A DNA stretch of 64,000 nucleotides, taken from positions 258,453 to 322,452 of the forward strand of contig CAVOTX010000010.1 of assembly GCA_963699445.1 (NCBI GenBank). Direction: 5' to 3'. This stretch comes from an uncultured Planctomycetia bacterium. GTDB taxonomy: Bacteria; Planctomycetota; Planctomycetia; Pirellulales; PALSA-1355. Below the pieces are notes generated by a model that was given only the letters and a program-made list of their open reading frames with translations, had not been told where the DNA came from and ran no database searches. Made by a program: the position numbers and the translations under genes. This document shows, piece after piece, positions 54,994 to 62,354 of the stretch. The stretch's first letter is position 1. Every line of letters begins with the position of its first letter.

Positions 54994-55151
54994 GGGAACG
55001 CTCCTATTATGTGGACTTCTTGGCAAACGCAGAACCCCAAGGCCGCCGCAGCTATGATGACGCACGCCCGGCCGGTTGCCAATCCGAAATGCCGGCTCGT
55101 TAGAGCGTCACATAAAGACCTTTGCGCCCTAGAACGACGTGCCGCAATAGG

Positions 55152-56039
55152 TTAATGGCAACAGCCTCCGCGCGAGGCGGTGGCAGCGGAGCAGCATTGA
55201 CGGCCGGAACCTCCTTGGACAATTTGGTCGCCGGCTTCGGTGGTCGCATTGCCGCCTGCCGCGCGGCTGCTGCGACGCAGCAGTATAAAACACACGACGG
55301 CCGCGGCCAAACGCACGCCGCGGATGGTTTGATCGCCCGCGCCCGCGGCGCAGACCCGCCTCGGCACCCTGCTCGGCGGCAATTGCGGCGACTCCCACGG
55401 CCAATGCCTTAGCAACCGCCCAGCGGCCGCCTTTCTTGCCCACGGCGACCAAGATCCCGCCGCCGGCGAACAATCCCGCGACCGATCCGGCCGTCTCGAC
55501 AGCTTCCATGCGGGTTATGAGGCGGTCCATCGACGCGTTGTGCTCGTGCAGCCGCTGGTTGATCTGATAGCGCAGCCGATTCGATCGCTTGGCCTGCTCG
55601 GGGTCGGAGAACAAGGGCAGCCCGAGTGCCGCAGTCCTGGGCAACGCGGCCAAACGGTTGTAGGCGACGTCGGGCATGTCCGCGGCCAACCATGCCTCGC
55701 CCGCGCTTTCCAGCGCGTCGTTGTACAGAAAGATTTGCTCCTCGATCTGGTTGACTTCATCGTCGATGTCGGCCTCTTGTCCCACTTCGATGGCGTCGAG
55801 CTTCTCGCCCAGCACCTCCAACAGCCGCTTGATCTCGGCAAAATGTCCTTTGGCCTTGGCCAGTTTTTCATGAAAGAATGCCTCGGCACTCAAATTCAAA
55901 GCCGAGCGTTTCGGTTCGGAAAAAGGACCCGCCTGCCGTTCGACCGGCGGACCGCTCACGTTCGGGATCACGCTCTGCACGAACGCGCCCAGTTTGAGCC
56001 AGGCTCGCCTACGCTTCCTCGTCGCCGTCGGGTTCATAA
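55152..56039 (-). CDS. orphan toxin-like C-terminal cassette (helical region + glycine-zipper hydrophobic segment); frame and 3' end uncertain
   Basis: ORF 55129..56094: (MNPTATRKRRRAWLKL)GAFVQSVIPNVSGPPVERQAGPF...HFAEIKRLLEVLGEKLDAIEVGQEADIDDEVNQIEEQIFLYNDALE...AGSVAGLFAGGGILVAVGKKGGRWAVAKALAVGVAAIAAEQGAEAG. Downstream of about 55390 the plausible reading moves to ORF 55152..55415. It shares the junction motif with 57526..57993. Confidence 0.4.
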
Positions 56040-56420
56040 GTAAGGTCGGCAAAATCGTCGACGTATCGCTCCTTCGAGTACATCGCGCGCACAACCGCCA
56101 CTGCCCATGTACCAGCCGGCCAGCTCGCCACGCCCCTCGGCTGACAGATCAACAACCTTTCCATTTGAGGCAGTGAATGAAAGATGCAGCAGTTCTTGGT
56201 CTATTGCCAGAAGCAGGTAAAAGACAGCATCGTCCACGATGTCGGGTGCTGCTACGCTCACAACTGCCGCACCCGTACCCTCGCATGCCGCCTGCCTCCA
56301 ACGCCTCGCGACGGGTCCGTTCACATCGGCCCGTAGTTCCATATCGCTGCTTCGGATAGCAGCGTCTCTGACTTGTTCGACAAGTATCCGGGCGAATTCG
56401 TCTATTTCGAAAGTCGGCAT
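56009..56420 (-). CDS. small acidic cytoplasmic protein, candidate immunity protein; one frame break
   Basis: The ATG at 56420 lies 1 nt after the inferred upstream stop (56422-56424). MPTFEIDEFARILVEQVRDAAIRSSDMELRADVNGPV...VFYLLLAIDQELLHLSFTASNGKVVDLSAEGRGELAGWYMGS (ORF 56034..56429). After a break near 56100 it reads ...AMYSKERYVDDFADLTYEPDGDEEA, stop at 56009. Confidence 0.45.
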
Positions 56421-56421
56421 A

Positions 56422-57539
56422 TCATCCACCCCATGGAATTCTTGTTGGTTCCGATACTCCGGCGTCTTTTACGCGCCTTGATGGCTCGCCGCACCGTTGC
56501 GCGGGCTGCGTCGGCATCCATATTGCATATTGCCACGGATCAGCGCGTCGGTCTCGATCTTTTCCACTGCTTTCCACGTCAGTTTGCGCCGGTTCTTGCG
56601 AAGGCCCGATATAGTATTTGTTCGGCGCCTGTGACGATGGCGTGCCTCACGCCAAGTCTCGCCAATTCCGCGTTTGAAACAGCCGGTGCAGCATTAGCAT
56701 CGTAGCCGGCGGCGCCAGAGAACGCACTTTTCGCTGGCACATGATGCCCGCCGCCTTGGCCTCCGTACGGGGCTAAATCGGCAGCTTTCGCGGTATCTTG
56801 CTTCGTGGCGCCTTTGGACACGCTCGGCGCGATCTTCGTGACTTTGATCTTAGCACCGCCCAGACCGTTTGCCGACAATGTGGCCGGGTCGAAGTCCAAG
56901 CTGATGCGGTAGCCGGTGGAAGTCTCGATGACCGCGTGCGCCGTGCCCGCGGCGTCGACAGCCGCTTTTCCCAAGGCGATCAGCAGACCGCCGTTATCGG
57001 CGAGAAACCGCGCCGTTTCTGCGTCGACGCCGGCGGCTTCCAGCACGGCTTGAATGCCGCGCGCGACCAGGCGCGGTGCTCTTCGCCCGTGGCCAGATCG
57101 GCGCCTGCCAGCGCCGTTTGTTCTGCGCCGCCGGCAACTTCCAGCGTGCCCAGCATCGGGGCACCTTCGACGATTCCGTTGATGCCACCGATGATGGCAA
57201 ACATGCCGCCTTGAAAGCGGCTGCTCGCCCCGCGCACGCGCATCACGTCGGCGTGCCGAATCTTTTCCCGTGCGGCCAGCGCGGCGGCTCCTTGCTCGGG
57301 AGCTTGACCGCGGTTGAGTTCAACGAATTCCCAGTGCGGCGTGTCGAATGCCGGCTGGACCAGGCGGAAATGGGCCGTGTCGACGCCGCCGTTTTTGCGC
57401 CGAGGCGAACGAACGCTTCGACGCCCAGTGCGTTGCTGCCGTGGCCCAAGTGCGCATCCGGTCGGCCCGTCGACAAGCGCGCCAGCCGCCCGCACGCGGT
57501 GCATCGCGTCAAGGCTGACGTTTTTCTACTTGGTGCCAA
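56422..57539 (-). pseudogene. variable toxin-like module with GGGHHVPAKS motif; three or more frame breaks; possibly continuous with 57526..57993
   Basis: Pieces: ...RLARLSTGRPDAHLGHGSNALGVEAFVRLGAK (ORF 57243..57539), GGVDTAHFRLVQPAFDTPHWEFVELNRGQ...GGMFAIIGGINGIVEGAPMLGTLEVAGG (ORF 56980..57504), LEAAGVDAETARFLADNGGLLIALGKAAVD...APYGGQGGGHHVPAKSAFSGAAGYDANAAPAVSNAELARLGVRHAIVTGAEQILYRAF (ORF 56579..57046). The tail between 56422 and 56579 is readable only by further hopping. Confidence 0.4.
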
Positions 57540-57993
57540 GAATGCGGATTATTTGTTGCGTCTCGACCGTGTAGTCACCCGGGTTGATGCGGATGGTGCT
57601 GGACGGTCGCGATCCCGTGGGAGGCTTCGCTTCGCCCGGCCCGCTGGCGTTCGGGATCACGCTCTGCACGAACGCGCCGTCGGCGGCGATCTGCGAATGC
57701 ACGCGCCGCGCGGCGGGCTGGACTGCGGATCGGCTGGCACTCAGAGCCCGCGATTCGATGATCCGGGCGATCGTGTCGATCGAGTGCGGCTTGATCCCGA
57801 TGCCGCGCTCGGGCGTCTCTTCAACAAAGCGATCGAGCTGCTCCGGCCAGTCGTCGGGAATCGGTCCGGCCAGAATGCCATTGAGCCACTGGTCGAGCGA
57901 ATCGCGGAATGCTTTCAGACGTTGCCTGATGACGTCGTCGATCTTTTCGAGAACCGCCCGGACGACCGGTTCCCACGGGCTCTTGCCGTCCAT
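57526..57993 (-). CDS. constant N-terminal module ending in the GAFVQSVIPNASGP junction motif
   Basis: GGAGGA 4 nt upstream of the ATG at 57993. Intact 155-aa ORF: MDGKSPWEPVVRAVLEKIDDVIRQRLKAFRDSLDQWLNGILAG...HSQIAADGAFVQSVIPNASGPGEAKPPTGSRPSSTIRINPGDYTVETQQIIRILGTK. No signal peptide. Confidence 0.6.
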   Translation of the reverse strand: MDGKSPWEPVVRAVLEKIDDVIRQRLKAFRDSLDQWLNGILAGPIPDDWPEQLDRFVEETPERGIGIKPHSIDTIARIIESRALSASRSAVQPAARRVHSQIAADGAFVQSVIPNASGPGEAKPPTGSRPSSTIRINPGDYTVETQQIIRILGTK

Positions 57994-58080
57994 ACGTTCC
58001 TCCGTGAACTGACGCGCAGCCGACTACCAATCGGCCGGAGAGCATTCCGGCTGCCGGGTCCGGGCGTGCGGTGGCCGGAA

Positions 58081-59044
58081 TTACCGGCTAAATCTTGCAC
58101 ACGCGCGGTACTGCGACTGCCGCATGGCCTCGAGTTCGGATAGTTCGCCCAACCGCTCGTCGACCACGCTCTCGACGACCGACCGGGCCGCGGTCTCCGC
58201 AAGCGATGCGCCACTCTTTTGCAGCAGCCACCGCGACCTCGTCGGCGTCTGCCAGATAAATCTCTAGCGTCGAAGGCATGGCATCGCCAGATTGCACGCC
58301 GTCGGGGCCCGTCAGGTTCAAAGAGGCCGAAGAGTCGCCGGCTAATTCGTCGCTCGGGGGCGAGTCCGTGTCGTCGCCAGCCGCTTGCTGCCAATCGGGC
58401 ATTGGGTCATCAATCGATGGCCCGACAGTGACCTCGAAACCCTGGTCATCACCCGTCGGCGAAACCGGCGCCTGGATCAAACCGGCCGACGCGGGTTCGG
58501 ACCAGTCGACGTCGGCCGCCGATGGGGCAAGGACCGGTGGCTGCGGCGCCCCGCCTGGCGCCGCCTGTGAAAGCGCCGTCGGCAAAATATCGGCGCGGAC
58601 CGACGGCCTCATGACCAGGTCCGACTCGTAAACCGACGTGTCCAGTGGCGCGGTCGCGGGATCGTCGGCCGAGACGCTGGATAAGAAACTGCCCGCGACG
58701 ATCGACCGCTCGAAGTGCAGACTGCCCGGCGCCGCCGGCGATCCGGCGTCGGAACCCGATGGGCCCAGCGCAGAATCCGCAGGCAGCGCCGACGTGGCCA
58801 TCGGCAATGGCTCGGCCGGTTCGGGATCGCCGAGCATTTCGGGTCCGGCATCCTGCGGCGCCGATTCGCCCGGGGTCTCGTCAGGTGGCGCCGCGTCGTC
58901 GGTCGTTTGGCCCAGCAGCGTGCGCAGCGAGTCGGCAAGCTGCCGCTTCTCGGCCTCGCGGTCCACGGGCGGCGGCAAATGCTGGCGGCCAGCTTCCAGT
59001 GCGGCGTCGCGGGCGGTGGGAAATTCTTCCGGTTCGAACATCAT
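58081..59044 (-). CDS. acidic Pro/Ala/Ser-rich low-complexity protein with helical C-terminus; one frame break
   Basis: AAGGAG just upstream of the ATGATG at 59044/59041: MMFEPEEFPTARDAALEAGRQHLPPPVDREAEKRQLADSL... (ORF 58088..59185). After ...EIYLADADEVAVAAAKE the sensible frame is ...ASLAETAARSVVESVVDERLGELSELEAMRQSQYRACARFSR, stop at 58081. Break near 58215. Confidence 0.5.
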
Positions 59045-59434
59045 GGCTCCTTTGCGAAAATTCTTGCCGGCATGTCGCCATTGCTGCGACTCGTGGCTGC
59101 GCGCACCACGATGGTGCCCGAGAATCAGCCAGCACCCGTGAGTCGGGAAGCGGCGCACGATCGACGGCGCATCGGCCCTGCTCACCTACTTCGGCCGACT
59201 ATAGCGATTCGTGTCCAGATCCGCGCCAGGCCGAAACGGCCACTTGACAATCGTTCGCAAAGTTGCCCACGCCGGCGCGTGCTCCAGCGAACGATGGGCC
59301 TGACCCCGGGGCCCTTACGATGCCGATCGGCAAGACGGAACCCGCTTGCGAAGTTGCCAAGACGGCGCGGGCAAATGAACCGGCGCGTTCTTGAACCCGG
59401 CGAAAACGGATCAGGACAAGGCCGATGTGCGCGG

Positions 59435-60430
59435 TCAGTCGTGCGTCGATTCGATCGGCAGCCGGACGACTTCAGCCGAACCCAGGACCGAGTCGAGCCG
59501 CGTGCCCGGCAGATTGCTGCCGCGGCGCACGTAGGCCAAAGCCAACGGCGCAGCCAGTCGCGGCGACGAGGCGGCGCTGGTCACATGCCCCACGACAACC
59601 CCGGCCGCCGTCAGGTCGAGTCCCGAGGGCACCGCGGCCTGGTTGTCGAATCGCACGCCGACGAGCGTCTGGTTGACGTGTCCCAGGGCGTCGATCCGGG
59701 CGACGGTCTCCTGTCCCAGGTAACAGCCCTTGGTGAAGCTGATCGCCCGATCGTCGCGGGCCAGTTCCTGCGGCAGGTTCTTGTCGGAGATATCCGGGCC
59801 GTACCAGGGAAATCCGGCCTCGATGCGCCGCGCCTCGAAGGCCGCCGAGCCGACCCGGCGAGTCCCGGCCCGGACGAGAACCTCTCCCATCCGCTCGGAG
59901 TCCGCGCGGCGGCAATCGAGCAAGAACCCCAGCGGTCCGGCAATGTCGACTCGGCGCAGCCAGACTTCGCGGCCGTCGATTTGGCTCTGGCGACTGGCCC
60001 AGACTTCTTGCGGGCAAGCGCCCCCGATCAAGCCGGCGAGCAGCGATTCCGCCCGCGGCCCGGCGAGCAGCCACTCGGACCAGTCGAGCGAGCGGTCGGT
60101 CAGCGTGACCTTTTCGCGGATCAAATAACGGTCGAGATGTGCGAGGATCTTTTCGGCCTCGCCGGGCACCGTTTCCAGTATGAGCGAATCGGGGCCGGAA
60201 AAGACGAGCACGTGGGCGAGGATCTTGCCCTGCACGTTGGTCAGGAACGTCTCGCAGCCGGCTCCGGGGGACAGCTTGCGGATTTCATTGGTACACAAGT
60301 TGTGCAGGAAGCGAGCCCGATCCTCGCCGCCAATCTCGATCAGCGTGCGCTTCCCGAAATCGACCAGCCCGGCCGCGGTGCTCAGGGCTTCGTACTCTGC
60401 CAGAAAGTCGTGATCGGGGACGATTGCCAT
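59435..60430 (-). CDS. ygfZ: folate-binding YgfZ/GcvT-like protein
   Basis: Intact 331-aa ORF, ATG at 60430. GLVDFGKRTLIEIGGEDRARFLHNLCTNEI and the YgfZ-type signature SFTKGCYLGQETVARI. Confidence 0.85.
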   Translation of the reverse strand: MAIVPDHDFLAEYEALSTAAGLVDFGKRTLIEIGGEDRARFLHNLCTNEIRKLSPGAGCETFLTNVQGKILAHVLVFSGPDSLILETVPGEAEKILAHLDRYLIREKVTLTDRSLDWSEWLLAGPRAESLLAGLIGGACPQEVWASRQSQIDGREVWLRRVDIAGPLGFLLDCRRADSERMGEVLVRAGTRRVGSAAFEARRIEAGFPWYGPDISDKNLPQELARDDRAISFTKGCYLGQETVARIDALGHVNQTLVGVRFDNQAAVPSGLDLTAAGVVVGHVTSAASSPRLAAPLALAYVRRGSNLPGTRLDSVLGSAEVVRLPIESTHD

Positions 60431-60474
60431 CGAATCGATTCAATCCGGGGAGGGACTAACCGCAAAGTCGCAAT

Positions 60475-60620
60475 GACGCAAAGAAGGATAATTGAACCAC
60501 AGAGTCGCAGAGGCAGAGAGAATAAGGAACGATGGTATTTGTGTGCAGTTACTCTTTTCCGTCCTCTCTGTGCCTCTGTGACTCTGTGGTTAGATTCCTT
60601 TCCGCTTCCCTCTTCGCGTC
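60475..60620. repeat. ~145-nt nested imperfect palindrome (REP-like)
   Basis: Inner arms aaccacagagtcgcagaggcagagag (60495-60520) and ctctctgtgcctctgtgactctgtggtt (60564-60591). Outer arms gacgcaaagaagg (60475-60487) and ccctcttcgcgtc (60608-60620). It lies between the LarA-like stop and the ygfZ start. Confidence 0.8.
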
Positions 60621-60668
60621 TTTGTGCATGGGCGGTTTTCTTCCGTTTGGCTTTTAGAAATTCGCGCC

Positions 60669-61959
60669 TCACTCGAATTCCTCCCGGGCGTCTTCGAGCA
60701 TCGAATCGAGGATCTCCGCGGTGCTCGGCAGTTCAGGCTCGTCCTCGGCGATGGGCACGGCATATTCGCGCGTTGGCCAGAACGATGCAGGAGGGATAGC
60801 GGACCGCGAGCCGGGCGACTTGCTCCGGCCCTTCGATGGGGGCCATGCCGAGTTCTTCGATCAACGACGCGTTCAATCGGCTGAGCAGGTACACGCGGCC
60901 GCGATCGAGCGCGTGTGCAAGTTGCACGGAGATCAACGTGTCCTCAGGCCGGTCGTGGGCAATGTCGCGGAAGACCAGGCCCGGATGCTCGGCGCCGCGG
61001 AGGGATTCGAGCGCCGGGCCAAGTTCCGCGTCCAACTCGGTGCACAGAGCGATCGTGCCTCCATCTTCGACCACGCGGGACGCGGCCGCCAGCGCACGAG
61101 CCACGTTGGTCCAGGTTTGCTGACCGGCAGAGCCCGAGACGGCGGCCAGTACCAGGCTCGCGCGGCGAGGCACGCGGAACTCCCAGGCCCGGCTGAATTG
61201 CTCGCTGGCAGTCCGAACGATCGAACTGGCCCGGCCGGCCAAGACGGCGAGCCACCGATCGGGCACCCCCGGGACGACCAGCACCAGATAGTGCAGCCCC
61301 AGCAGCCAGCCGACCTCGTCGACTTCGCGGCGGAACCGGCGCATCTGCACGCCCGACTCGCTGGCCACCGGCGAGCGATAGCGCTGGATCGTCTTGGCGT
61401 CGGAGAAGGCCGGAAAGACGCTGGAGTAAGCGCCGAAGTACGCCAGCGAGGCCTCAGACCGCAAACAGCCGATCGGCAGGACCAGGTCGGCCTCCGAGAG
61501 CGCGCGGTGGATGTAGATCGGCTTGCCTTCGGAAGAGGCGGCCAGGTAACACAGCCGGTTGCGATCCAACGGATCGTGAACGAGCCGCTGGATCGGCTGC
61601 GCCAGGCCGGTCAGCAGCGCGTGCGCGGCGTCTGGATCGGACTGCGAGTCAGATCGGCTTTGCAACAGCGTGATGTCCGCGGCCGAGACACCCGCCTCCA
61701 GACAGCGGTCGACGAGCGCTTGGACGATCTGGGCCGCTTGCGGCACGCCTTCGCCCAGCGCCAGGACGATCTTGTCGCCGGGCACCACGCTCTGCCGCAG
61801 CGGTGGATAATCCAGCGGCGCATCGAGGGCCTGGGCAATGGCACGCGCAGGGTCGGCAATCGCATTGCCGGGCGGCTGGCCGCACTGTGCGACCAGTGCG
61901 CCGGGCGGAATGTCCAGCTCCAAAATCGATCGCGCGCCGTACGGCAATGTCGTCGTCAT
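60669..61959 (-). CDS. LarA-like (DUF2088, lactate-racemase N-terminal domain) protein; one frame break
   Basis: ORF 60733..62040; likely ATG at 61959 (MTTTLPYGARSILELDIPPGALVA...). After a break near 60770 the tail reads ...EYAVPIAEDEPELPSTAEILDSMLEDAREEFE, stop at 60669. The family call is from memory of the N-terminal pattern. Confidence 0.65.
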
Positions 61960-62354
61960 GCGAAATCCGGCCCCCCGCCGGGTAGTGCCAACCGTCATGT
62001 TAGGGTCGCGGGGCCGCCGGTCAAGCGTGCCGCCGGCCAACGGCGGCGCGGGCGGTCGGGGTTCGAATTCTTCCGCGACGGCTCACGGTTTGCAATTCCG
62101 GTTCGCGCCGCCAGATCGCACCGCCCCCGCGGCATTGTGCTTATTCGGCTCTTCGCCAGGGGCCGTCGGCAATCACTCGCCCTCCGAAGCGAGCTTTACC
62201 TGCCGGCCAAGTTATTCGATAATTGCAGCGGCAATCGTGCCGCCAAGGGCACTCGTGCATGCATGCAAGATATCAATTTGCCAGGCAAACACCGTGCGAT
62301 TCCGCCGGCAAAGCGCCCGCGGCCAAAACGCACCTTTTGAAAGGGATTCACTCG

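Noticed and set aside
55129-59200. The toxin-like region as a prophage remnant or mobile island.
   Set aside because: No integrase, transposase, tRNA target or flanking direct repeats were seen, and the flanking genes (gnd, ygfZ) are housekeeping. Compositional shift could not be computed here.
62257-62270. The palindrome tgcatgcatgca in the LarA-like/lipoprotein divergent region, considered as an operator.
   Set aside because: It is a single short palindrome with no second copy or recognisable regulator nearby. There is too little evidence to call it.
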